A stretch of 64,000 bases of DNA from Pseudopelagicola sp. (GTDB taxonomy: Bacteria; Pseudomonadota; Alphaproteobacteria; Rhodobacterales; Rhodobacteraceae). This document shows, piece after piece, positions 28,683-38,075 of this stretch (within the stretch, counting starts at the first letter, position 1; every line of letters starts with the position of its first letter). Both the position numbers and the translations under genes were made by a program. The DNA lies in contig JAPHRE010000040.1 in NCBI GenBank assembly GCA_026195905.1, positions 1,363 to 65,362 of the forward strand, in the 5' to 3' direction. Below the pieces are notes generated by a model. The model saw only the letters and a program-made list of their open reading frames with translations, did no database searches and had not been told where the DNA came from.

Positions 28683-31352
28683 TTACATCGCGTCAGCGGC
28701 GTTCTTCATCAGGAACTCCATGACGAGGTCCGCTTCTTCGCCTTCAAGGCCAGCGCGTGGGAACATCGACGGTGTGATGCCTTTCCACTGTTGCTGGGTG
28801 AAGTGCGTGACCTCCCGCGGCGCGTGGCAGACTGTGCAGCGCTCGTAGTAGATTTTTTCGCCCGGCCCCATGTCCGCATAGAGTTTCTCGGTCAGGGTTT
28901 CGAGGCGATCAAGGCCAAGCTTGTCCTCGTCAATCTCGGCGATTTCCATGTCCTCGATAATCGGCGGCTTTTCATAGGCTTGGTTCGGCCCTTCTGGATC
29001 CTCACACTTGCGCATCGAGCAAAGAACGGTGTTCGCCGTTGTGGCCTGCGCGAGGCCCGAGGAAGGCTGCGTAGAGGTCAGGAAGTTCACCAGACCCGAA
29101 TTACACCGCCCCTTGCTGTCAAGAGATGGCCATGCGCCTTCGTAGATCGAAACCACACCCGGCATGATGTCATCGCTGACAACAGCCCCGGCGATCACTG
29201 TGCCACGCTCGTTGTAGAGCTCGACCAGATCGCCATCTTCGATACCGCGAGACGCGGCGTCTTCGGTGTTGATCCGAACAGGCTCACGCCCCTGCACCTT
29301 GTAGAGGTCACGCAGTGTTTCCGATTGGTCCATCTGGCTGTGCAGGCGGAACCACGGGTGCGGCGAGACAACGTGCAACTGGCCTTCTTTGGCATTGCCG
29401 AGGTATTCGTGCTTTTCCATCCAAATCGGCATGCCGGGCATGTCGTCGATCTCGAGCTTTGCAAAGTCTTCGCAGAACATTTCGATCTTGCCAGACGTTG
29501 TGTGCAGCGGGTTGCCCTCAGGATCCTGATAGAACTCGCCGTGGCGCGTCCACTTGCGGGCCGCTTCAGGCACCTCCATGCGGGCATAGCCTTTTTCCCA
29601 GAATTCCTCAAACGGCGTGTGCGCGGCGGCACTGGAAGCCTCATAGGCGAGCTTGATGTGATACATCTTGTCTTCACCTTCGGTGAACTGCATCCACAGC
29701 CCCAGCTTGTCGGCCAAGCCTTCGAAGATTTCGTAATCCGGCAGGCTTTCGCCAATCGGTTCGATGACCTTCTTCATTGCATAGACTTTGTCGTTGGAAT
29801 AGGTGCCACCGGATGTGATGTCGTCCTGCTCCAACGTCGAGGCCGCAGGGAACACGATGTCACACCAGCGTGTCGCAGCTGTCCACCAGACATCGACGCT
29901 GATCACGGTTTCCACTGTCTCAAGCGCACGGATCAGACGGTTGGTGTCTTGCTGGTGGCTCATAAAGTTGTTGCCAGCATTAAAGATCACCTTCACATCA
30001 GGATACGTGTGGGTATTGCCGTTGTAGAAAACTTCCTTGCCGGGGTTTTCCAGCATGTCGGTGATCCGGCTCGCCGGGCAGACGCCGGTGACAAAATTCC
30101 TGCCCTGAGACATGCCCACGGGTGTGGATTTGCCCGAAGCAGGCATGCCGCCGTTGCCATAGTGCCAGCTAAAGCCAACACCACAGCCCGGCTTGCCGAT
30201 CTTGCCGGTCAGGGCTGCGAAGTTGATGATGGCCCAGTGCGTCATCTCGCCATGCTGGGCACGCTGTAGGGACCATGCCCCCGCGATGTTGGTGTTCGAC
30301 TTGGCAAAAAGCTCGGCCATCTCGCGGATCTTGTCCGCTTCGATGCCGGTGATCTCGGCGGCCCACTCGGGCGTTTTCGCAACACCGTCATCATCGCCTT
30401 TGACATAGGCAATCCACTTGTCGGAACCGACAGTGTATTTGTCCATATAGGCTTGGTCCTCAAGACCCTGCTCAAGCACATGGTGCGCCATCGCGCAGAA
30501 CAGCGCGACATCGGTGTTGGGAACGATCCGAACCCAGTCAGCGTCAAAGTACTCATCAGAGGCCGTTCTCTGCGGGTTGATCGAGACAAACTTGACGCCT
30601 GCGTCGCGGATGGACTCCCAATGCGCATACATGCCGTGGTCCGCCACGCGATACTCGACGCGGTTGTTCTTGATCGGGTCACATCCGACCAGCACGAAGA
30701 CCTCACATTCATCGCGGATGGTTTCCCATGCGGATTGCGTCGAGTAGACTTCCATATCACCGATGATATGCGGCAGGGATACCTGCGATGCACCGGCAGA
30801 CCAGTCACCGGAAGTATTGGTGCACCCGCCAAGAAGGTTGATCAAACGGCCCTGCAAAACGTTGGGGCGGAATACGCCGGCGTTGGACCAGCCGCCATAA
30901 GACGACGAGAAGATCGCTTCGTTGCCGTGGTTGGCGGCTGTGTCGAGAAGGGCTTTGGCCGCGAGGCTCCAAGCCGTGTCCCAATCGACCTTGACGTATT
31001 CTTCCTTACCGCGAAGTTCGGGCTTGGTATCGCCGGTTTCCCAGCCTTCCAGATAGGACTTGCGCACCATCGGATAGTTGATACGGGATTTGTCGTAGGT
31101 GCGGTCCAACACACCATGATTCAGCATTTCCGTGGGACGGGCATCAATCTCCATGATGTTGTTGATGCCGATCAGCTTGCCATCGCGCACCACGGCCTCA
31201 AACGGGCCAAAGTGTGTCGCATGGAAAACGCGGCCTTTGAACGAGTTGGGGTCAAGTGCGGCCATAGCCGTAGTGCCCATAAGGCTCGTCGCGCCAAACA
31301 TGGCAGCACCGCCTTGCAAAAACGCGCGCCGGGTTGGTTGTGTGAATGACAT
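28683..31352 (-). CDS. torA: TorA/DorA-family periplasmic molybdoenzyme (S-/N-oxide reductase) with Tat signal and fused C-terminal monoheme cytochrome c
   Basis: Tat motif TRRAFLQG; HFGPF, YPMVRKSYL, GDWSAGASQ (Mo-Ser), QRAQHGE, GNNFMSHQQD, PHPWFRLHSQ; C-terminal CTVCH at 28824-28838 in a TorC-C-terminal-like context. Confidence 0.88.
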   Translation of the reverse strand: MSFTQPTRRAFLQGGAAMFGATSLMGTTAMAALDPNSFKGRVFHATHFGPFEAVVRDGKLIGINNIMEIDARPTEMLNHGVLDRTYDKSRINYPMVRKSYLEGWETGDTKPELRGKEEYVKVDWDTAWSLAAKALLDTAANHGNEAIFSSSYGGWSNAGVFRPNVLQGRLINLLGGCTNTSGDWSAGASQVSLPHIIGDMEVYSTQSAWETIRDECEVFVLVGCDPIKNNRVEYRVADHGMYAHWESIRDAGVKFVSINPQRTASDEYFDADWVRIVPNTDVALFCAMAHHVLEQGLEDQAYMDKYTVGSDKWIAYVKGDDDGVAKTPEWAAEITGIEADKIREMAELFAKSNTNIAGAWSLQRAQHGEMTHWAIINFAALTGKIGKPGCGVGFSWHYGNGGMPASGKSTPVGMSQGRNFVTGVCPASRITDMLENPGKEVFYNGNTHTYPDVKVIFNAGNNFMSHQQDTNRLIRALETVETVISVDVWWTAATRWCDIVFPAASTLEQDDITSGGTYSNDKVYAMKKVIEPIGESLPDYEIFEGLADKLGLWMQFTEGEDKMYHIKLAYEASSAAAHTPFEEFWEKGYARMEVPEAARKWTRHGEFYQDPEGNPLHTTSGKIEMFCEDFAKLEIDDMPGMPIWMEKHEYLGNAKEGQLHVVSPHPWFRLHSQMDQSETLRDLYKVQGREPVRINTEDAASRGIEDGDLVELYNERGTVIAGAVVSDDIMPGVVSIYEGAWPSLDSKGRCNSGLVNFLTSTQPSSGLAQATTANTVLCSMRKCEDPEGPNQAYEKPPIIEDMEIAEIDEDKLGLDRLETLTEKLYADMGPGEKIYYERCTVCHAPREVTHFTQQQWKGITPSMFPRAGLEGEEADLVMEFLMKNAADAM

Positions 31353-31441
31353 GTGAATGCCTCCTGTGGCTGACTATCTGGCCCCACACTACTCTTGTGA
31401 CCATCTACAGACTTTGCGCCTGCGCAATTTGGCTTGTTCTA

Positions 31442-31459
31442 AAATGTAAAGAAATGTAA
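31442..31459. promoter_or_regulatory. 10-bp-period direct repeat (AAATGTAA x2), candidate TorR/OmpR-family site
   Basis: aaatgtaaag-aaatgtaat in the torA/torR divergent intergenic region. Confidence 0.45.
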
Positions 31460-31468
31460 TGTCACACG

Positions 31469-32173
31469 ATGTCCCAGCATATCCTCATTGTGGAAGACGA
31501 CCGCACCACGCGGATGCGCCTCGCCGCCTATCTGCGCGGGCAAGGGTATCGTGTGAGTGAAGCCGAAAATGCAGGCGATATGGAGGCGATCATCGAAGCC
31601 GATCCGCCGGAGGTCATGCTTGTCGATATCAACCTCGGTGGCAAAGACGGGCTCACGATCACGCGCGAACAGCGCGCCGCATCACGAGTCGGGATCATCC
31701 TGTTGACCGCCCGCGACGATCAGATCGACAAGATCATCGGTCTCGAAATGGGCGCGGATGACTACGTGACCAAACCCTTCGACAAACGCGAGCTTGCCGC
31801 ACGGGTCAAAAACCTGATGGCCCGAATAGCCGATATCGGACAAGCGCCGCAGGGTCCGGCACCGATTGTCGACTTTGGTCCTTGGTGCTTTGATCGAATC
31901 CGCCGCAGGCTGATCTCGGCCGCGCGCGTCGAAACACTGACCAAACAGGAATTCGATGTCATGTCCGCCCTTGCCGATCACCCCGGACAGACCCTCAGCC
32001 GCGCCCGGCTTGCCGAGATGATGGGGCGCGAGGCTCTGCGCTCAAACGATCGGATGATTGATGTTGTCGTGGGTCGGCTGCGAAAAAAGCTGGAACGAGA
32101 CCCCGCGAACCCGGAATGGATTCTGACAGAGCACGGCAAAGGCTATCACTTTGTGGATCCTGCAAAGGTCTGA
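31469..32173 (+). CDS. torR: OmpR-family response regulator, TorR/DorR-like
   Basis: ILIVEDD, DINLGGKDG, GADDYVTKPF, winged helix with TEHGKGY; divergent from torA. Confidence 0.8.
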   Translation: MSQHILIVEDDRTTRMRLAAYLRGQGYRVSEAENAGDMEAIIEADPPEVMLVDINLGGKDGLTITREQRAASRVGIILLTARDDQIDKIIGLEMGADDYVTKPFDKRELAARVKNLMARIADIGQAPQGPAPIVDFGPWCFDRIRRRLISAARVETLTKQEFDVMSALADHPGQTLSRARLAEMMGREALRSNDRMIDVVVGRLRKKLERDPANPEWILTEHGKGYHFVDPAKV

Positions 32174-34926
32174 AGCCCCGCGTCTTTGGCTGCCCCTTGC
32201 AGCACCGCGCGCGCCTGCAAGGCGCAACTGTGAACCATATCCAAGACCTCCGCATCAACGTCACCCTCTGCCTCCTCAACGCGGGCCAGAACGGCGCAGA
32301 GCGCCTCCAGGCGGAAGTTGGAGGCCGCCCCTTTCAACTTGTGCGCCGCCTGGCGCTTTGCGTCGGGCGGGGCCGACATAATCGTCTCGACAGCACCGTC
32401 TAACCCGTCAAGAAACGCCTGCACGATCTGCGCCGTGATGTCCGGCCCCAGATCGCGCATGTCCTCGCACAGGCTTTCGAGAACCAGCGGGTCCACAGGT
32501 GGCCGCGAGGGCGCGCTCTCCTGCTCAAGAACCTGCGCAAGGGCGCGTGGCGATATGGGTTTGGCCAGAATCCTCGCAACGCCAAGCCGCGCGCGATTCT
32601 CGACCGTATCGTCAATCAAATGGGCCGTCAGCGCCACCAACAAGGGGGCGTTCTCGGTCTGACCGAGCGCCGAGGCAACCTCCTCGCCGCGCATGTCGGG
32701 CAAATCGAGGTCAATCAGCACCAGATCGAAAGACTGCGTCTTGCAGGCCTGCAAGCCCGCCGCGCCTGTTGCAGCTCCGCTGACCCGACACCCGAGCCGC
32801 TCCAGATAGCCACGCGCAACCATCAGGTTCACCGCGTGATCGTCAATCACCAGCACGTCGCGCCTCGCCCCCGCCTGCGCCGTGTCTGCGTCATCTTCGG
32901 TTGCGATGGCCATATCCCCCTCCAACAAGGGAACCGTCAGGGTAAAGCGGCTGCCCACGCCCGCTTCGCTTTCAACCTGTAGAGCACCCCCAAGCGCCTC
33001 GGTCAGATTACGCGAAATGGCAAGGCCAAGCCCCACACCCTCGATCCCGGCGCGTTTCGCCGAATCTGCACGTGTATACGCATCAAAGGCATAGGAAATC
33101 GCCTCGCCGGTCATACCGACTCCCGTATCGGTCACCGTGAAGCTGATAACAGGCTGGTCCGTATCGGGGTCAACCGCATGATCGACCGCAAACGCCACAG
33201 TTCCGCGCCGGGTGTATTTGACAGCGTTCGAAATCAGGTTGCCCACGATCTGGCGTATCTTCACCACATCACCAAACAGAGCCAAAGGCGCAGAATCGGA
33301 CAGGTCGATGACCACCTCAATCCCCTTTGGCGCGGCAAGGGTTTGCAATTGATGCCCCAACTGCCCGACCAGTTCGCGCAGGCGAAAATGCACCGGATTA
33401 CCGCGATTGCCCTGATCTTCGCTGCCAGCATAGGCAAGAATATCATTGGTGATCTCAAGCAGATCCCGCGCCGAGGCAAGTGCTGTGCGCGCGCGGTCCT
33501 GTCTGTCGGTATTCTGTTCCTCGGAGGTCAGCAGATCAAGCATGCCAATGATACCGTTGAGCGGCGTGCGTATTTCATGGCTCATGCGCGCAAGGAACTC
33601 TGTCTTGCTGTGATCTGCCGCTTCGGCCCGCGCACGCGCCGCATCCGAGGCCTGCATTTCGGCAACCACATCGCCCGTTCGGGCAATCACCGCATCTTCC
33701 AAACTGTCGCGCAACTGCTCTGCATCACTGACCCGGCGGCGCAAGATATTAAGCGCCTTCTCCATGCGCCCGATCTCGTCATGGCCGCTGATCTCCATCG
33801 GCGCCCCATAGCTGCCGCGCGCGACATCGACGATACGACGTGAGATCCTGCTCAAACGTTCAACCAACTGCCGGCGCGCATAGACCCAGAGCATGCCCGC
33901 CCCCATCACCGCAGCGATCAAGACCACAAAGAGCGCGGCAACCATCCATTCGGAGCGCCGCTCTACCGCCGCGATCTGCGCCAACCCGTCCGCCTGAACG
34001 GCATCACGTGCCTGACGCCCCCGCAAAGAGAGAGCCGCGATGGTTTCCCGCAAAAGAGCACGATCTTGTGCAATCTCGCCTTGCAACAGAATCCGCTCCT
34101 GCTGCAACGCAACCATGCCCCCCTGCTCCACAGCCTGTTGTTGACGCAGCAATAGCGCCCTGACTTCGCGCTGGGCCGAGGGAGATGGCAGATAGGCGAC
34201 ACGCCGCAGCGCCAGCGTCAGACGCGCCGACACATCCTGCCGCGCACTCTGTACCGCCTCCAGCGTCGCAAGCGAGGGCACCTGTTGAACCTGCAAACGC
34301 GTAGCATCGACCATGCGCGCAAGCTCCGTAAGCCGTTCAAAGGCAAAAAAGTAACGATCGCCCAAAGCATCAAGCGCGGGCTGCGGATTGATATCGGGTT
34401 TGGTATAGATATCCGTAATGCTGGCGGTGATCCTGAGGCGGGCCAGATCGGTTTCGGCTTCGATCAGATGGTCCAGCCGCGCACCGTCCTGCGCCAGGGC
34501 GCGCGCCCCGGTGTGCACTTGGGCGGCAAGATCCAGCTCCGCTCGCGCGTTCGCACTCATCCGCTCAACAATGCAACCGGCCTCAAGCGGTTGCGAGGCG
34601 GGGACAAAATCCGGGCGCATCTGTTCGAGCCTCCGCGAGCCTTCCTCGATCCGGGCCACTGTCCGTCCGAGCGTCTCAGTGACCTCATCAAGCCCTGCGC
34701 GAGTGTCGGCCCGGCCAAAGGCTTCCTCCAACGAACCGACCACCTCGACCGCTACGCCGATCCTGCTGGCAAGCTCGATTGCGGGCAGGTTGGTCTGAAC
34801 AAGCTCGGCCTGCGCGCGCACCAGATAGCGGTTGACGCCAATGGCTGCCACACCCACCATAATGGCCAACGCCGCCATTGCGGAGAGTATCTGGATCAAC
34901 CTTGTGTCAAATCTTGTGCGCCGCAT
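32146..34926 (-). CDS. torS: Hybrid sensor kinase (periplasmic sensor-HAMP-HisKA-HATPase-REC-HPt), TorS/DorS-like
   Basis: [43 protein letters not shown], HPt AAHKLKGAA. Confidence 0.82.
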   Translation of the reverse strand: MRRTRFDTRLIQILSAMAALAIMVGVAAIGVNRYLVRAQAELVQTNLPAIELASRIGVAVEVVGSLEEAFGRADTRAGLDEVTETLGRTVARIEEGSRRLEQMRPDFVPASQPLEAGCIVERMSANARAELDLAAQVHTGARALAQDGARLDHLIEAETDLARLRITASITDIYTKPDINPQPALDALGDRYFFAFERLTELARMVDATRLQVQQVPSLATLEAVQSARQDVSARLTLALRRVAYLPSPSAQREVRALLLRQQQAVEQGGMVALQQERILLQGEIAQDRALLRETIAALSLRGRQARDAVQADGLAQIAAVERRSEWMVAALFVVLIAAVMGAGMLWVYARRQLVERLSRISRRIVDVARGSYGAPMEISGHDEIGRMEKALNILRRRVSDAEQLRDSLEDAVIARTGDVVAEMQASDAARARAEAADHSKTEFLARMSHEIRTPLNGIIGMLDLLTSEEQNTDRQDRARTALASARDLLEITNDILAYAGSEDQGNRGNPVHFRLRELVGQLGHQLQTLAAPKGIEVVIDLSDSAPLALFGDVVKIRQIVGNLISNAVKYTRRGTVAFAVDHAVDPDTDQPVISFTVTDTGVGMTGEAISYAFDAYTRADSAKRAGIEGVGLGLAISRNLTEALGGALQVESEAGVGSRFTLTVPLLEGDMAIATEDDADTAQAGARRDVLVIDDHAVNLMVARGYLERLGCRVSGAATGAAGLQACKTQSFDLVLIDLDLPDMRGEEVASALGQTENAPLLVALTAHLIDDTVENRARLGVARILAKPISPRALAQVLEQESAPSRPPVDPLVLESLCEDMRDLGPDITAQIVQAFLDGLDGAVETIMSAPPDAKRQAAHKLKGAASNFRLEALCAVLARVEEAEGDVDAEVLDMVHSCALQARAVLQGAAKDAGLQTFAGSTK

Positions 34927-35902
34927 TATCCAACACTACGTGGCCGCCTGCGCGGGCACAATAACTGCGCTCGTGATAATGGCCCTTATCGCGCCCGCTC
35001 CGGCGCAAGCAGATACACGACCGCTTTATTGCGTTCTCGTGCCGCATTTCAAAGATGAATACTGGCTGAGCGTCGGCTTCGGCATCGAACAGGAGGCCCG
35101 GCAACAAGGCGTTGATGTGGTGTTCTTCGAGGCCGGAGGATACAACGCCCGCAAAACCCAGATCAGCCAGCTTGATGCCTGCCTGACCTTTGGCGCAGAG
35201 GCGATCCTGATCGGCGCTGTGTCATCTGACCATCCTGATCTCACAACAGCCATTGCACGGGTGGCAAAGAGCGTTCCGGTGTTAGGGCTGGTGAACGAAT
35301 TACACTCTGAGGCATTGAGCGGAAGTATCGGCGTGGACTGGCAAGACATGGGGTATGCTGTCGGCAAATACCTAAGCGCATTGCACCCTGCGGGATCACC
35401 TGAAAAGACGGCTGTTTTCCTGACCGGCCCCGCCGAGGCCGGTTGGACACTGCCGCTCGAGACAGGGTTGCGCAATGGTCTTGCCAAAAGTTCGGTTCGC
35501 ATCTTGGAGGTGCTTGGGGCAGATACCGGCATTCGACAGCAACTTGTTCTGGCCGAAATCGCATTGGATCGCCATCCGGATGTCGACTATCTCATCGGCA
35601 GTGCACCGGCAATCGAAGCCGCCATCGGCCTGCTCGCAACCCGCCCCGACGCGGGCCAGCCACAGCTCGTTGCAACCTATGTGAGCCACACAATCATGCG
35701 CGGCCTGATGAACCAAAGCATCCTTGCTGCGTCTTTTGACAATCCAATTCTCCAAGCACAAATGGCGGTCAAAAAGGCCAAATCACTGCGCCTGAAACCT
35801 GACCAGAGTATCAGGCCAAAGGTCACGCTTCTTACCCAGGATGACAAAAACCTGCACGCTATTCCACTCTCTCCCGCTGACTATTTCCCGTCTGTGCAAT
35901 GA
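34916..35902 (+). CDS. torT: Periplasmic sensor-accessory protein TorT (TMAO-binding type); start codon uncertain (34916, 34940 or 34979)
   Basis: YCVLVPHFKDEYWLSVGFG, FEAGGY...QISQL, ATYVSH, PADYFP resemble TorT; signal peptide; divergent from torS. Confidence 0.8.
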   Translation: MRRIIQHYVAACAGTITALVIMALIAPAPAQADTRPLYCVLVPHFKDEYWLSVGFGIEQEARQQGVDVVFFEAGGYNARKTQISQLDACLTFGAEAILIGAVSSDHPDLTTAIARVAKSVPVLGLVNELHSEALSGSIGVDWQDMGYAVGKYLSALHPAGSPEKTAVFLTGPAEAGWTLPLETGLRNGLAKSSVRILEVLGADTGIRQQLVLAEIALDRHPDVDYLIGSAPAIEAAIGLLATRPDAGQPQLVATYVSHTIMRGLMNQSILAASFDNPILQAQMAVKKAKSLRLKPDQSIRPKVTLLTQDDKNLHAIPLSPADYFPSVQ

Positions 35903-36076
35903 CGAAACCGGCTTTTCCCTGAAACTCCCTGACCAGTGTTTGAGCAAAACCATGTTTCGAGGTTGCGACCTAAATCGTTGATTTTTCATAACTGAAGAAA
36001 ATATGAGTGCGCAGACGCAGCGAAAGCCCCGAAACCCGCCTATTCTGTTGGAACAAATGCCGGGACTGAACAGTTA

Positions 36077-36195
36077 GGCTCAGGCCTAATTAATTTGATT
36101 GAGACTGTCGGGTCGGCGTGTTTCACGCTCCCAAACTGCGGGGGGGATATGAGCAATATTTACTGGCTGAGCAAAGAGCAAACGGTGCGGCTCTG
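36077..36195 (+). mobile_element. Left-end remnant of an IS5-family element
   Basis: TA-GGCTCAGGCCTAATTAATTTGATT end-like sequence, then MSNIYWLSKEQTVRL from 36149, resembling (from memory) alphaproteobacterial IS5 transposase starts of the MSNLFWLSDEQMARL type. Homology is then lost and no right end is seen. Confidence 0.55.
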
Positions 36196-36415
36196 TCTGA
36201 TATGCGCGTTTGCACATTCTCAAAGTGCTCAGGCCACAATTTGATGGCAGACCAAAGTTCCCTCGAAGCCTCAAGACCGAAAGCATAACAGAAGCCGAGA
36301 AGATTAAACAGACGGGCTGGACCTGAACATACCGGCTGGAGTTGTCGCGGGGATGAGGGTTTGTTTAATCATGGTGTTTTTCGTTTCCCATCAGATGTTA
36401 AGAAACGAAACTGCG

Positions 36416-36660
36416 CTACTCGACGGTGATCCGGCACAGCACAGTGTCGCTTTGCTCAAGGTCTAGGCCACAGATCAACTCGCCGGTTTCTATCCAGTCG
36501 ATTTCGTCGTGGCCGAGCTTCGGGTCGCCCTGCGCTTCGGTGTCGACAGTCGCCCGTGACCAATCAGGGGCGTCAAAACTCGCCTGTCACAGCCATCCGG
36601 CTCGCCCAACATTTCGAACGCACTCCCCCCTTCGCCCGCAATCGGATCGGCGTTCAGACC
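36416..36660 (-). pseudogene. Frameshifted C-terminal remnant of a secreted Cys-containing protein (database label often PEBP family)
   Basis: Two frames give ADPIAGEGGSAFEMLGEPDG / W*QASFDAPDW...DEIDW...GLDLEQSDTVLCRITVE*. The similarity is recalled, not searched. Confidence 0.45.
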
Positions 36661-36667
36661 GCCCGCT

Positions 36668-38008
36668 TCAGCGCATGTTGAACAGTTCCTGATGGAAATC
36701 GCCGGGGCGCAGACCTTGGGCGACCAGATCACGGCGCAACGCCTCGCCGAAACCCGCCGGCCCGCAAAACCAGACGCTGGCCGAGGCCCAGTCAGGCACC
36801 ATCTCACGCAGGCGCGCGCCAGTCAGAAATCCATCTTCGCCATCGCGCATCAGGTGCAAGGTCGCCCCCGCCGCCGCCACATCCCCTTCAAGAAGTGCCT
36901 TTGGTTCCGGCGCGATCTCGGGCACGCAATGGATCAGGTCGATCTGTGTGCCATCCGGCGTCCCTGCCAGATGCTTGAGCCGCGCGATAAACGGCGTAAT
37001 GCCGATTCCGGCGCCGATCCAGATTTGCCGCTCTTTGGTGTCATCAAACGTAAACCGCCCGTATGGCCCCTCAATGGTGACATCATCTCCAACGGCCATC
37101 TGTCCGGACAGCAGCGTCGTATAATCGCCCAGAGCCTTGCTGATAAAGGTGATCACGCGGGCGTCCTTGTCCCAAGCAGAGGCGATGGTGAATGGATGCG
37201 CGCCCTCAGCCTTATCGAAGGTGACGAAGGCGAATTGTCCTGCATCATGGCCGGGCCAACCCGCGTCGACGGTGATCTCGGCCTCGGTCACTTTCATTGA
37301 CGGAAACTGGCGCAGCGCCGTGATCTTGCCCTCTACGCGGCGGGCGCGACCGATCTGCCGGGTTAGCGCCAGAAATGCCGCCATGACCCCGCCGATCATC
37401 AGCACCCCAGTGACGATCCCGACCGGCTGAGCCCATGCGTCAAAATCCATCAGGACGACAGCATGAAAAACGAGCGCCAGATAGACCACCGCAATCAGCG
37501 TGTGGGTCTTGGCAAAGAACCGATAGGGAATGCGCTTAATCAACGCGAATGCAATCAGCGCAACAGCGCCGTAAAAGGCCCATTCTCCAATCATCTCGGC
37601 CGTGTCGCGCTGGCTGTTCAGGAAGGTCTGGATTGCGCCGAGATCAGCCATCTCCCCACGGTGGCCGCGCCGTTCGGGCCGCTCTAGCAGCCCCAGAGAC
37701 ATCGCCCATTTCGGCCCGTTGACAACACCCCAGTGCGCAACCGCCGTGACCAGCGCCGCAATCCCCAACCATTTGTGCAGCCGGTAGGATTTGTCGAGTC
37801 CGCTGAGCCAGCGATCCACCAAGGGCGACCGCGTGGCCAGCATCATCGCAACACTCATCGCGCCAATGCCCAGACCCCCCGAATACTGCAACAGCAGTTT
37901 GCGCACCGTGAGGATGCTGAGGGTCTCAGGCAGCGGCAAGTTGGCGGCGAACCACATAAGCGAAAGGCCAGAAAGTAGGCTCCAAAGTGTGATCTTTATC
38001 GTTCTCAT
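36668..38008 (-). CDS. Ferric-reductase-like transmembrane oxidoreductase (heme-b TM domain, FAD- and NAD-binding domains)
   Basis: YRLHKWLG and TH...FH heme His pairs, HPFTIAS, EGPYGRF, GAGIGITPF, CGPAGF, HQELFNMR. Confidence 0.88.
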   Translation of the reverse strand: MRTIKITLWSLLSGLSLMWFAANLPLPETLSILTVRKLLLQYSGGLGIGAMSVAMMLATRSPLVDRWLSGLDKSYRLHKWLGIAALVTAVAHWGVVNGPKWAMSLGLLERPERRGHRGEMADLGAIQTFLNSQRDTAEMIGEWAFYGAVALIAFALIKRIPYRFFAKTHTLIAVVYLALVFHAVVLMDFDAWAQPVGIVTGVLMIGGVMAAFLALTRQIGRARRVEGKITALRQFPSMKVTEAEITVDAGWPGHDAGQFAFVTFDKAEGAHPFTIASAWDKDARVITFISKALGDYTTLLSGQMAVGDDVTIEGPYGRFTFDDTKERQIWIGAGIGITPFIARLKHLAGTPDGTQIDLIHCVPEIAPEPKALLEGDVAAAGATLHLMRDGEDGFLTGARLREMVPDWASASVWFCGPAGFGEALRRDLVAQGLRPGDFHQELFNMR

Positions 38009-38075
38009 CGCGAATGTCCGTTTGTTGTAATGGGCGGGCGATAGAAGGTGTTTGCTCGCCCCGAGGTCCAAACGC

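Noticed and set aside
28590-30269. 559-aa plus-strand ORF, and 30453-31349
   Set aside because: Antisense shadows of torA with no recognisable motifs; typical of GC-rich coding DNA.
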